Assembly: GCA_043822705.1 (NCBI GenBank)
Contig: JBDRBK010000115.1
Location: forward strand, 32,001 to 96,000
Source: Fidelibacterota bacterium
GTDB taxonomy: Bacteria > Fidelibacterota > Marinisomatia > Marinisomatales > TCS56
Reading direction: 5' to 3'
Length of the DNA: 64,000 nucleotides
Notes under the pieces: generated by a model
What the model saw: the letters and a program-made list of their open reading frames with translations, nothing else
Told to the model about the DNA's origin: nothing
The model's database searches: none
Shown: one piece after another, positions 48,618-58,452 of the stretch
Layout: the number at the start of each line of letters is the position of its first letter
How positions within the stretch are numbered: the stretch's first letter is position 1
Position numbers and translations under genes: made by a program

Positions 48618-50420
48618 ATGTCCACCGACCATATACGCAATTTTTGCATCATCGCCCATATCGATCACGGTAAGTCGACCCTGGCCGACCGCCTGCTGGA
48701 AGAGACCCACACGCTGACCAAAAAGGAGATGAAGGCCCAGGTGCTGGACAGCATGGACCTGGAGCGCGAGCGTGGCATAACGATCAAGAGCCACCCGATC
48801 CAGATGCATTACCGCGACCGCGATAAACGTGAGTACGTCCTGAACCTGATCGACACGCCCGGACATGTCGATTTCAGCTATGAGGTCTCGCGCTCGCTGG
48901 CGGCCTGCGAAGGCGCCCTGCTGCTGGTGGACGCCGCCCAGGGGGTGGAGGCCCAGACGGTCAGTAACGCCTACCTGGCGATCGACAACGACCTGGTGCT
49001 GATCCCGGTGATCAACAAGGTCGATCTGCCGGCGGCCCGGGTGTCCGAGGTGATCGAGCAGATCGTGGAACTGATCGGCTGTTCGGTCGCCGAAATTATC
49101 CAGATCAGCGCCAAGACCGGGCAGGGCACCGCCGATATCTTCCGGGCCGTAATCGACCGCATCCCGCCGCCGCCGGATCATTCCGCGGATCGGCCGCGGG
49201 CCCTGATCTTCGATTCGATGTATGACAACTACCGCGGGGCGATTCCCTACGTGCGGATCGTCGACGGGATCTTGAAACCCGGCCTGACGGCGAAATTCTT
49301 CGGCCATGATTTCACCTATGAAATCACCGAAGTCGGGCATTTCGTCCTGCGGCAGATTCCCTGCGCGGAACTGCGATCGGGCGACGTGGGCTATCTGATC
49401 GCCAATATCCGCGAAGTCGGACATATCCTGCCCGGCGATACGATCACCACCCGCCAGAACCCGGCGCCGGCAAGGCTGCCGGGGTATAAGAAAATCAAAC
49501 CGATGGTGTTTTCCGGGCTGTACCCTTCCGATGCCGACGACTACGACCAACTGCGCCAGGCCCTCGATAAGCTCAAACTCAACGATGCCTCGCTGGTCTA
49601 TGAACCGGAAACCAGCGAAGCGCTGGGGTTCGGTTTCCGGGCCGGCTTTTTGGGGCTGCTGCACCTGGAGATCGTTCAGGAACGGCTGGAGCGGGAGTTC
49701 GACATCGATCTGGTCACGACCTCGCCCAATGTGCGCTATCAGGTCCTGGGAAAAGACGGCGACCTGTTAGAGGTCGATACACCGGCGAAAATGCCGCCGG
49801 CCGGGCAGATCGAGGAAATTCGCGAACCGTTCGTAGATGCGGAAATCATCACCCCCAAGGAATTCATCGGCACGATCATGAAATTGTGCCAGAATCACCG
49901 CGGCACCTATAAGAACACCCATTATCTCTCGGCCGAGAAGGCCCAGGTGCACTACGATCTGCCGTTGGGCGAAATAATTTTCGACTTTTATGATAAACTC
50001 AAATCGTCCACCCGCGGTTACGCGTCGTTCGACTACAACCTGACCGGCTACCGGGCGGGCGATCTGAAAAAGCTTGATATCCTGATCAATAACGAACCGG
50101 TGGATGCGCTGTCGAGCATCTGCCATGCCGATGACGCCTACCACCGCGGCGTCGCCCTGACCTCGAAACTGAAGGAACTGATCCCGCGCCAGATGTTCGA
50201 TGTGCCGATCCAGGCCGGCATCGGCACCAGGATCATCTCGCGGGCCAACGTGCGTGCGCTCAAGAAGAATGTGACCGCCAAATGTTACGGTGGCGATATT
50301 TCCCGCAAACGTAAACTGTGGGAAAAGCAGAAAGAGGGTAAGAAGCGCATGAAACAGATCGGCCGGGTCGAAATTCCCCAGGAAGCGCTGCTGGCGGTGC
50401 TGCGCATCGACCGCGAGTAA
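48618..50420 (+). CDS. lepA: Elongation factor 4 (LepA)
   Basis: IAHIDHGKSTLADR, ERERGITIK, DTPGHVDF, AKCYGGDISRKRKL. Confidence 0.97.
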   Translation: MSTDHIRNFCIIAHIDHGKSTLADRLLEETHTLTKKEMKAQVLDSMDLERERGITIKSHPIQMHYRDRDKREYVLNLIDTPGHVDFSYEVSRSLAACEGALLLVDAAQGVEAQTVSNAYLAIDNDLVLIPVINKVDLPAARVSEVIEQIVELIGCSVAEIIQISAKTGQGTADIFRAVIDRIPPPPDHSADRPRALIFDSMYDNYRGAIPYVRIVDGILKPGLTAKFFGHDFTYEITEVGHFVLRQIPCAELRSGDVGYLIANIREVGHILPGDTITTRQNPAPARLPGYKKIKPMVFSGLYPSDADDYDQLRQALDKLKLNDASLVYEPETSEALGFGFRAGFLGLLHLEIVQERLEREFDIDLVTTSPNVRYQVLGKDGDLLEVDTPAKMPPAGQIEEIREPFVDAEIITPKEFIGTIMKLCQNHRGTYKNTHYLSAEKAQVHYDLPLGEIIFDFYDKLKSSTRGYASFDYNLTGYRAGDLKKLDILINNEPVDALSSICHADDAYHRGVALTSKLKELIPRQMFDVPIQAGIGTRIISRANVRALKKNVTAKCYGGDISRKRKLWEKQKEGKKRMKQIGRVEIPQEALLAVLRIDRE

Positions 50421-50491
50421 ATTCGGCTGTGAATGGTCGATCCGCAACTACTGATCACCTGCTGACCGATTGACTGAATGACCACTGACTA

Positions 50492-51214
50492 ATGACCACC
50501 GAGCGCACCTACTGGAACCAATCCCGTTCGCCTTTTTACAGTTTCATATTCATCCTGCCGCTGATCCTGATCTACGAGACCGGCATACTGCTGCTGTCGG
50601 CGGAGGATATGCCCGATCTGCGCAACGGCGCCGACGTCCTGATGCGCCAGATATTCGGCAATTTCGGTATGCTGGGCGCCTATGGCATCGGCCTGTTGTT
50701 CATGACCGGCTTCATCTTCACCTTCCTGCTGCAGAAAAGACGCTGGGCGATCACCAACATCCGCAGCGGTTACCTGCTGGCGATGCTGGCGGAAAGCCTG
50801 GCCTGGGGCGGTATCTTGTTTATTATTTTACGGGGCGCCCAGACCCTGTTGCTGTTTTCCAACGGTAAAACACTGATTCAACAACTGATCCTGGCAGTGG
50901 GGGCCGGTATCTACGAGGAATTTGTATTCCGGGTGCTGCTGATCAGCGGACTGGCGGCCCTGCTGAAATTAATCTTTCAATGGACCGGCCCGGTTCGCAA
51001 CACCGGGGCGGTGATCCTGGCAGCCCTGCTGTTTTCGGTTTTTCATTTCATAGGCAGCTTCGGCGACAGCTTCGCCCTGCGGCTGCTGCTGGTGCGTGCC
51101 CTGGCCGGGATCATTTTGGGTCTGATCTACGTTTTAAGAGGATTCGGCATTGCCGCTTACAGTCATGCCTTCTACGATCTGATCGTTCTGACGCTGATTA
51201 CAACGACTGATTGA
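50492..51214 (+). CDS. CPBP family intramembrane glutamic protease
   Basis: EEFVFR, FSVFH, H...D (SHAFYD); multiple TM segments. Confidence 0.8.
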   Translation: MTTERTYWNQSRSPFYSFIFILPLILIYETGILLLSAEDMPDLRNGADVLMRQIFGNFGMLGAYGIGLLFMTGFIFTFLLQKRRWAITNIRSGYLLAMLAESLAWGGILFIILRGAQTLLLFSNGKTLIQQLILAVGAGIYEEFVFRVLLISGLAALLKLIFQWTGPVRNTGAVILAALLFSVFHFIGSFGDSFALRLLLVRALAGIILGLIYVLRGFGIAAYSHAFYDLIVLTLITTTD

Positions 51215-51296
51215 ATCAGCCGGGCGACGGCCGGCGGGCGGCGCTTAAGTTGTGAATCAAAACCGATTTCTGGTTAACTTTCTGTATCAATAGAGG

Positions 51297-52178
51297 ATGA
51301 ATATGCGACGATTACTGTTAGCGGGATTAACGGCCTTTGGTCTGGCGGCGGGGGCGCCACCGGTGTTCGAAGAACTGGTGTTTTCACTCTGGCCGGAATA
51401 CGATCATCCCGGCGTCCTGGTGATTTACAGCGGCCGGCTGGCGGCGGAAAACCTGCCCCAGGTGATCGAATTCCGGGTTCCCGCGGCGACCGAGCAGGTC
51501 CTGGCGGCCGGTGTGCTGGATACCACCCGGGAATTGCGGACCGTGACAATCGAATCCCGCGGGGCGGAGAAATGGGTCAAACTGGAACTGCAACGACCCG
51601 CTTTTCATTTCGAATTCTACTACAATCCTTTCGGTGATACGCATCAACGGCAGGTCGACTATGAACTGGAATTCGGTCATCCCGTGCCGGCCTTTATGCT
51701 GGCGGTCCAGAAACCGATCATGGCCGAAAATTATACCCTGCCCGAAACCGACATGGAATCTTTTCAGGATCAGCACGGCATGACTTTTTTCCGGAAACAA
51801 ATGCCGGCCCTGAAAGCAAATACCGTGAAAAAATTATCCTTCAGCTATGAGAACCATACCGCCGAGACCAGTATCCAGCAGTTACAGAAAATGCTGGCGA
51901 GTGAAAATGGCGCCCTGGGCGGCGGAATGCCCGGGGGGGCGGAACGTCCGCTGACCGACCGCCATCGTCTGCCGCTGCTGGAACCGTTGCTGGTGCTGGC
52001 GCTGGCAGCAATCGTTTTAGGCGGCCTGTTCTACCGGCAGCGTCGACGGGAAGGGACGGAAGCCGTAGCTTCCGAAAAGACCGGCCGCTTCTGTACCAAA
52101 TGCGGTCAGCCGGTGAAACAGCTGGATAAATTCTGCGCCAATTGCGGAGCCCGACAGCATGCTGCCGATCCTGTTTAA
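51297..52178 (+). CDS. Membrane-anchored protein with C-terminal zinc ribbon
   Basis: Signal peptide, WPEYD motif, TM helix, FCTKCG...FCANCG. Confidence 0.7.
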   Translation: MNMRRLLLAGLTAFGLAAGAPPVFEELVFSLWPEYDHPGVLVIYSGRLAAENLPQVIEFRVPAATEQVLAAGVLDTTRELRTVTIESRGAEKWVKLELQRPAFHFEFYYNPFGDTHQRQVDYELEFGHPVPAFMLAVQKPIMAENYTLPETDMESFQDQHGMTFFRKQMPALKANTVKKLSFSYENHTAETSIQQLQKMLASENGALGGGMPGGAERPLTDRHRLPLLEPLLVLALAAIVLGGLFYRQRRREGTEAVASEKTGRFCTKCGQPVKQLDKFCANCGARQHAADPV

Positions 52179-52911
52179 AATCGGACCGCTGAAAATCCAC
52201 AGTTACGGCCTGGCCCTGGTGCTGGCCTTCTATGCCTGCTATTATCTGCTGCACTACGATCTCAAGCGACTGAAATACGATCCGCAACTGGCGACCGATA
52301 TTATCTTTTTCGGGGCGGTCTGCGGCATCCTGGGATCGAAAATCTGGTACCTGATCGAGAATATCGGCGCGGTGCTGGCCGATCCGGTGGGATTGATTAT
52401 TTCCGGTTACGGCCTGGTTTTCTTCGGCGGTCTGATCGGCGGCACGCTGGGTGTGACCTGGGTGCTGCTGCGGAATAAGCTGGACTGGCTGACTTTCGGC
52501 GACATCGTGGCGCCGCTGCTGATTTTGGGTTATGCCATCGGCCGGACCGGCTGCTTCATGAACGGTTGTTGTTACGGCGTCACCACTGCTCTGCCCTGGG
52601 GCATTCACTACCCGCACCTGGGACCGGGGATTCAGGTGCACCCGACCCAGTTGTACGAACTGACGCTGGGCCTGTTGATATTTCTGTTTTTATGGCGCCG
52701 CCGGCTGCGGCTGAAAACTACCGGCAGCCTGTTTTTTACCTACCTGGTGCTGGCCGGAGCGGAACGGTTTCTAATCGAGTTCATCCGGATTAATCCCAAA
52801 TACCTGTTCAACCTGTCCGGCGCGCAGTGGTTCGCCCTGATCATTATCGCGATCGGAGCCTATTTTCTGAAATACCCGCCGGGAAAGGCTTACGGATCAG
52901 CGGCGAATTGA
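52159..52911 (+). CDS. lgt: Prolipoprotein diacylglyceryl transferase
   Basis: HSYG, FFGG, IGRTGCFMNGCCYG, HPTQLYE, RFLIEFIR. Confidence 0.93.
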   Translation: MLPILFKIGPLKIHSYGLALVLAFYACYYLLHYDLKRLKYDPQLATDIIFFGAVCGILGSKIWYLIENIGAVLADPVGLIISGYGLVFFGGLIGGTLGVTWVLLRNKLDWLTFGDIVAPLLILGYAIGRTGCFMNGCCYGVTTALPWGIHYPHLGPGIQVHPTQLYELTLGLLIFLFLWRRRLRLKTTGSLFFTYLVLAGAERFLIEFIRINPKYLFNLSGAQWFALIIIAIGAYFLKYPPGKAYGSAAN

Positions 52912-52928
52912 TCCGGCGTACGGTCCAG

Positions 52929-53780
52929 ATGCGTATCCGGCTGTTACTGACACTTTTGGGATTGACGATCCTGTTGGGCCAACCGGCGGTAACCGTTCTG
53001 GAGCGGATCGACTATCCCAAACACTTGAAAAGCGGGTTCCGGCCGGCACTGCTGACCGTCGGCAATAATGGCGCCGTCTACCTGCTGGATCGGTCCGCGC
53101 GCCGACTGGCGCTGATCGGCACGGACGGGACAGTCGGTTACGGCGGCGGTTTCGGCCGCGACCTGGATGCCTTTTTCGATCCGGTGGCCTTGACCGCGAA
53201 TAATCTGGAAATCCTGGTCTGCGACCGCTCCGAAAACCGGCTGCTGCGCTTCGATTACCTGCTGAATTATATCGGGGCGGTAACGACGGGTACCGCCACC
53301 GGCGACCTGCTGTACCCGGAACAACTGGCGGTCGATTCCTGGGGCGAACTGCTGCTGTATTCCGAAGTACTGGATAAAATCTACAAAATCGCCGCTGCGA
53401 CCCCGACGCCGCTGCCGCAGATTGATCTCGACCACCTGAAACTCACGGCCGGCTGCGTGGGAGCCCTTGCCAGCGGACCCGACGGCGATGCCGGCATTCT
53501 GCTGACCTGCCGGCGGGAATTGCGTCTGTACAACCGCTTCGGGCGGCCGGCGGCGGTCTGGCCGCTGCAAATCAGCGGGCCGGAATTGCTGGTCAATTAC
53601 CGTGGTAACTGGCTGGTCCTGAATCGGCAGGGACAGTGGCAGACGGTCGGTCGTCAGGCGGTAAGCGGCAGTCTGCCGGAAATAGCGGGAAACATTACTG
53701 CCTGCGCCGCCTATAAAGATCGACTATACCTGTTGACTGGGGAAACCATATTTGTCGTCCGGATCAGGATTCAACCTTAA
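52929..53780 (+). CDS. Secreted NHL/beta-propeller-like protein
   Basis: Signal-like MRIRLLLTLLG; NHL-like YLLD, FFDPVAL, ILVCDRSENRL. Confidence 0.6.
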   Translation: MRIRLLLTLLGLTILLGQPAVTVLERIDYPKHLKSGFRPALLTVGNNGAVYLLDRSARRLALIGTDGTVGYGGGFGRDLDAFFDPVALTANNLEILVCDRSENRLLRFDYLLNYIGAVTTGTATGDLLYPEQLAVDSWGELLLYSEVLDKIYKIAAATPTPLPQIDLDHLKLTAGCVGALASGPDGDAGILLTCRRELRLYNRFGRPAAVWPLQISGPELLVNYRGNWLVLNRQGQWQTVGRQAVSGSLPEIAGNITACAAYKDRLYLLTGETIFVVRIRIQP

Positions 53781-56700
53781 ACTGATTTCACTGCTGCTGG
53801 CCGGTTGCTGGCAGTTGCCGGCCGCCCGGCCCTTTGAAATCGCCACGGCCCGCGACACCATTATCGTCGTTCCCGCCGATAGTCTGTTGCGGCTGTCCCA
53901 CCGACCGCTCATCGCCGGTGAGTTTCAACTGTTCCGGGAGGGCGTCCTGGTTCCCGAGCCGGACCTCTATCCGGTACAGGGGATCGTCCGCCTGCAGGGC
54001 GGGCGCAATGACAGCATCCGTTTTATCGCCTCCTACAACTACCTGTCGCCGTCGCCGCCGCTGACGGTGGGTCCCAGGGTTCTGGATCTGCCGACATTGA
54101 CTGCAACGCTGCGCCCGAGCGACCAACCCGACAGTGGAAGGGCAGTGCCATTACCGTCCCCGCTGCCCCCGCAGGATGAATTATTTGCGGCCGGCAGCAT
54201 CTACCGGGGTGTGGAACTGTCGCCTTTCGGCGGCACCGATTTCAGCGGCGGCCTGCGGCTGCAATTGCAGGGCCGGCTGGGGCCCGACCTGCAGGTCAAC
54301 GGCGTTTTGACCGACGAAAGCCTGCCGATCCAGCCCGAGGGCAACACCCAGACCATCGACGAAATCGACCAGGTCTATCTGCAGGTCAGCCACACGCTGG
54401 GCAGCGTAACCGCCGGCGACATCGATTTCAATCTGCAGCAGGGGAAATTCCTCAACCTGAACCGGCGGCTCACCGGACTTTCCGGCGTGCTGGCAACGCA
54501 AAAATTTAAGAGTCAGGCGGTTTATGCCGGCGCCAAGGGAAACTACCAGCAGTTGCTGCTCAAGGGCGTGGATGGTTTCCAGGGACCTTATTCGCTGACC
54601 TCAGTCGCCGGCAGTCGTGATATTGTCGTTGTCGCCGGGTCGGAAAAGGTCTATATCGACGGGCAGCGCCTGACTCGTGGTGAGAATAACGATTATGTCA
54701 TCGACTATTCCGTCGGTGAAGTGACCTTCACCGCGCGACGGCTGATTCATGCCGACAGTGATATTCAGGTGGAGTACCAGTATTCCGATTTCAACTACAG
54801 CCGCAGTCTGGTGGGCGCCAACTGGGAATCGGTCGGCAGCGGCAAGGCCAAGTTCGCCATCGGTTGGCTGCGGGAGCAGGACGATACCGGCAGCGGGCAG
54901 CTCAATTTATCGACGGCCGAAACCGACAGTCTGCGCCGTGCCGGCGACCGGGAGATTCATATCGACGGCGCCCAGGCCGATTCCAGCGGCGATTATTATT
55001 TGCTAGACGGCATATATGTCTATCGTGATTTTGTCGGCGCCGGACAGAGCGCTCCGCGCTTCAATGTCACTTTCCGCAATACCGCCGAACAGGGCGCATA
55101 CCGGCGGGCGGTCACTGCCGGTGGTCAGCTGTATTATGAATTTGTACCCGAAACCGAGCGCCACTGGCAGCAGGATCTTTACAGCCCGGTCCGGGTGTTG
55201 ACGGCTCCCGAACGGCGACAGTTGCTGCAGGTGACGGCCGATATGCGGCCACTGGACAATCTGGCGGTCACGACCCGGCTGGCGTTGTCGGACCAGGATT
55301 TGAACCGTCTGTCGGACCGCGATGACGCCGATAATCTGGGCTGGGCCTACGAGTTGAATATCGTGGGGCAGGGAGCCCTGGCCGACCCGGACTGGCATTA
55401 TGACTACCGGGTCAACAACTGGGGGCGCACGGACCGCTTCCGGACTTTGCAGCGGGACCGGGAAGTGCGCTTCGAAAGGGACTGGAATCTGACGGATAAT
55501 AATATAGCCGCCGAGAATCTGCTGAGCGGGGGGATCGGTCTCAGCCGTCGGGAGCTATGGGACATCAACCTGGACTGGTCCCAGTATCGCCGGGACCGGC
55601 ACTTGAAGACCAGCCAGGCCGCGACTGTCAGCGGTGGCAGCGGCTGGTTGCCGGAAGTAAATGGCTATTATCGGCGGATGGCGGCGACCGGCGAAATGCT
55701 GCTCCAGACCGGCGGCCGGATCGCCCTGCTGCCGGGCAATTTACACCCCTATTTGGATTATTCGACTGAACTGAACAAGGACCGGTCCCGCTTCGACCAG
55801 CGGATTGCCGGCCTCAACTATGCCACTGCCGGTAGTCAGGCACAACTGGGCATCGGTCGGCGCGCCGATTGGAGCGAAACCGATTCCACCGAAGCCGGCC
55901 TGGAAAGTCTGAGCCGCAATTATTTCGGCAATATCGATCTGGTCCATCGCAGCACCGGTGGCTGGAACCTGGATTTGACTTTCCGGAAAAGTCTGAAGTC
56001 CGAGTACCTGACCGGCCAGGACTATGATTTCGAGCTGCTGCGGACCGACGTCAGTTTCAATAACCGCCAACGGCCGTTGCAGTGGGACCTGAAAACCAAG
56101 CTGGAAGAAACCTTTACCGAGGGCCGGGCCGTGGTCTATGATTCGGTCGGCGTCGGGCTCGGTACGCATCGCTATGATTCCGGATTTAATGAGTATGTGC
56201 CGGACCTGAACGGTGCGTACATCGGTTATTCCGTACCAACCGGTGATCGCAGTCCCACCACCCGCTTCGACGGTATTCAACGGTTGCGCTTTGATTTCAG
56301 TCGCACGGGCTGGACGCGATTGCACGGACTAAGCGCCCGGCTGGAACTGCGCTCGGAATTCCGTGGTCGTCGTTTTGGAACCTCCCGTCTGGTACGGCCC
56401 GGCCTCGGTGACGATGGCATCAGTCGCGCCCAGTGGAATGCCTTGACCGAGATCGATCTGCAACTGCGCGGTTCCGGGCGACGTATCCGGGCCTGGAACC
56501 GCCAGGGGCGGGACCTGAACGGTCTGGACCCCCGGGGCAGTGATCTGAAACGGGAGCGGGAAATCGGGATCGATCTCACCCGGACGGTCAGCAAAAATAT
56601 CCAGGCAGTGACGCGCCTGGAGCAGCGGGATGTCCTGGTCAATTCATCGCTGTCGGCCTTGCGCCGGCGGGCGGTGAACGGCTACTGGCTGGAAGGGGGT

Positions 56701-57075
56701 GCCAAATGGCAGGTGGAGCGGGACTGGCAGTTGGAATCGACCCTGCAGTGGGGGCACGACGACGGGAACCACCAGCAGAACGATTTTTCAGCGGTCGCCC
56801 GCGGCGTCAAACTGGAGGTCCTGCGCTTCCTGGGGCGGCAGGGGCGGCTACAGACGCAACTGGAATATTACCAGGTGGCCGCGGCGGAAGCGGTCGCGGC
56901 CCTGCCGCCTGAAGCGCTGCACGGTCTGGCTTTGGGACGCTCGCTGCGGGCCAACCTGGCGGGCCAGTTCCTGATCGGCGCCAACCTGACCGCCACCGTC
57001 ACGGCCAATTATATCAGTGACCGCCGCTACACAAACCTGATCACGGTGACCGGAGAACTGCGTGCGTTTTTCTAG
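53752..57075 (+). CDS. Large putative outer-membrane protein
   Basis: 1107-aa ORF with PIQPEGNTQ, VAGSEKVYIDG, DYVIDY; amphipathic strands; C-terminal Phe (ELRAFF); start uncertain. Confidence 0.65.
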   Translation: MSSGSGFNLKLISLLLAGCWQLPAARPFEIATARDTIIVVPADSLLRLSHRPLIAGEFQLFREGVLVPEPDLYPVQGIVRLQGGRNDSIRFIASYNYLSPSPPLTVGPRVLDLPTLTATLRPSDQPDSGRAVPLPSPLPPQDELFAAGSIYRGVELSPFGGTDFSGGLRLQLQGRLGPDLQVNGVLTDESLPIQPEGNTQTIDEIDQVYLQVSHTLGSVTAGDIDFNLQQGKFLNLNRRLTGLSGVLATQKFKSQAVYAGAKGNYQQLLLKGVDGFQGPYSLTSVAGSRDIVVVAGSEKVYIDGQRLTRGENNDYVIDYSVGEVTFTARRLIHADSDIQVEYQYSDFNYSRSLVGANWESVGSGKAKFAIGWLREQDDTGSGQLNLSTAETDSLRRAGDREIHIDGAQADSSGDYYLLDGIYVYRDFVGAGQSAPRFNVTFRNTAEQGAYRRAVTAGGQLYYEFVPETERHWQQDLYSPVRVLTAPERRQLLQVTADMRPLDNLAVTTRLALSDQDLNRLSDRDDADNLGWAYELNIVGQGALADPDWHYDYRVNNWGRTDRFRTLQRDREVRFERDWNLTDNNIAAENLLSGGIGLSRRELWDINLDWSQYRRDRHLKTSQAATVSGGSGWLPEVNGYYRRMAATGEMLLQTGGRIALLPGNLHPYLDYSTELNKDRSRFDQRIAGLNYATAGSQAQLGIGRRADWSETDSTEAGLESLSRNYFGNIDLVHRSTGGWNLDLTFRKSLKSEYLTGQDYDFELLRTDVSFNNRQRPLQWDLKTKLEETFTEGRAVVYDSVGVGLGTHRYDSGFNEYVPDLNGAYIGYSVPTGDRSPTTRFDGIQRLRFDFSRTGWTRLHGLSARLELRSEFRGRRFGTSRLVRPGLGDDGISRAQWNALTEIDLQLRGSGRRIRAWNRQGRDLNGLDPRGSDLKREREIGIDLTRTVSKNIQAVTRLEQRDVLVNSSLSALRRRAVNGYWLEGGAKWQVERDWQLESTLQWGHDDGNHQQNDFSAVARGVKLEVLRFLGRQGRLQTQLEYYQVAAAEAVAALPPEALHGLALGRSLRANLAGQFLIGANLTATVTANYISDRRYTNLITVTGELRAFF

Positions 57076-58432
57076 AATATTGCTGCTGCTGGCGACCACC
57101 ATCGCCGTTCCGGCGCAAACGGTAGTTGTTTCGATATCGGCCACCGGACTGGAATTCTCTGCGGGCGATTCGCTGGCGATCGTGCAGCGGCTGGATTCGC
57201 TGTTGCTGGCGGCTGGTGACTGGGGCAGTCAGTTCAGCTTGTCCGGCGTCAATCGTGGTGACGATCTGCGACTCGATTATTCGCTGCAAACACATCGCCG
57301 GCAGGTCGATTCCCTGGTGTTCAGCGACGACGGTGAAATAGCGCTTGCCGTGAAACGAATGCTGTTCCGGCATATTCTGGCGGCGGAATCTCCGGGCGCG
57401 GCCGAATCGGTCCTGAGTCGAATCAGAGAGACCTATCCATTCCTGAATGAAAAGACGGAATTGGCCTGGGGCCGCTATGCTGACGACCGGATCGCCGCCG
57501 TTATCCGGGTCCGGCCCGATTTCGCCAGCAGTTTCAGCGGAATTGCCGGCTTGAGTCGTGAAGCCGACCGGGACTGGCAGTTGACCGGCCAATTGGACCT
57601 GCACCTGGAAAATGCCTGGCGCAGCGCCGGTACTGTCGATATCGAGTGGCGTCGCAAGGATGAATTGTCCCAGAATATCGCCCTGGCGATTGAGGAACCG
57701 CACCCGCTTTCACTGCCGATCGGCCTGACCGCCTCCTTCCGGCAGAATCTGGAGCAGGGCTGGTATGTGCAAAAGGAAATTTCGGCTGGCGTAGTAGCGG
57801 TTCTAGCGGATCGCGGCCAGTGGCGGCTCGGCTCGGAACGGATCACGGTTGTGCCGACGGAAAAAGGCGATTCGGCCGGCGTCACCGCCCTTACCAGCAA
57901 CCTGCTGTTCTGTTCCGGCAGCGGTGACAGCCGTGACGATCGCTGGCTGCCCCAAAAAGGCGGGACCTGGCAATTTTACGGCGCATTCGGCGAGCGGAAG
58001 ACCGCTACCGCCAGCCGCAGCGGGCGATATCAGTTGCAGGCGGCCTACTATTTCCGGGTGCTTCCGTTACTGAGTTTTCATCCGGCGCTGCGATTCCAGG
58101 GCACCACGGTCAAACAGGCCGCGCTGCACCAGTCGGAAATGGTGAAATTCGGCGGCACCGGTTCGCTGCGCGGTTACCGGGAGGATTTTTTCCAGGCTCC
58201 CTGGGTCATGCTGACACAACTGGAACTGATCTACCGGGCCGGAAAAAACCTGCAACTACTGTTATTCGGCGATATCGGCGGCCAGGACGTGTACCGGCCG
58301 TTGCCGTTTGGATTAGGGCTGGCCCTGGTTCAGCGCTCGGCGGGAACGATTGTCGAGGTCGGCTATGGTATTGGCCGCAGCGATCGGTTAGCGGAGGGGA
58401 AATTGCATGTTCGACTTACCGGGCGGTTGTAA
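57062..58432 (+). CDS. BamA/TamA-like (Omp85) surface antigen beta-barrel
   Basis: Signal peptide; FGGTGSLRGY (Omp85 loop-6 RG[YF] motif). Confidence 0.65.
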   Translation: MRFSRILLLLATTIAVPAQTVVVSISATGLEFSAGDSLAIVQRLDSLLLAAGDWGSQFSLSGVNRGDDLRLDYSLQTHRRQVDSLVFSDDGEIALAVKRMLFRHILAAESPGAAESVLSRIRETYPFLNEKTELAWGRYADDRIAAVIRVRPDFASSFSGIAGLSREADRDWQLTGQLDLHLENAWRSAGTVDIEWRRKDELSQNIALAIEEPHPLSLPIGLTASFRQNLEQGWYVQKEISAGVVAVLADRGQWRLGSERITVVPTEKGDSAGVTALTSNLLFCSGSGDSRDDRWLPQKGGTWQFYGAFGERKTATASRSGRYQLQAAYYFRVLPLLSFHPALRFQGTTVKQAALHQSEMVKFGGTGSLRGYREDFFQAPWVMLTQLELIYRAGKNLQLLLFGDIGGQDVYRPLPFGLGLALVQRSAGTIVEVGYGIGRSDRLAEGKLHVRLTGRL

Positions 58433-58452
58433 AACACACTAAATTCAAACCA

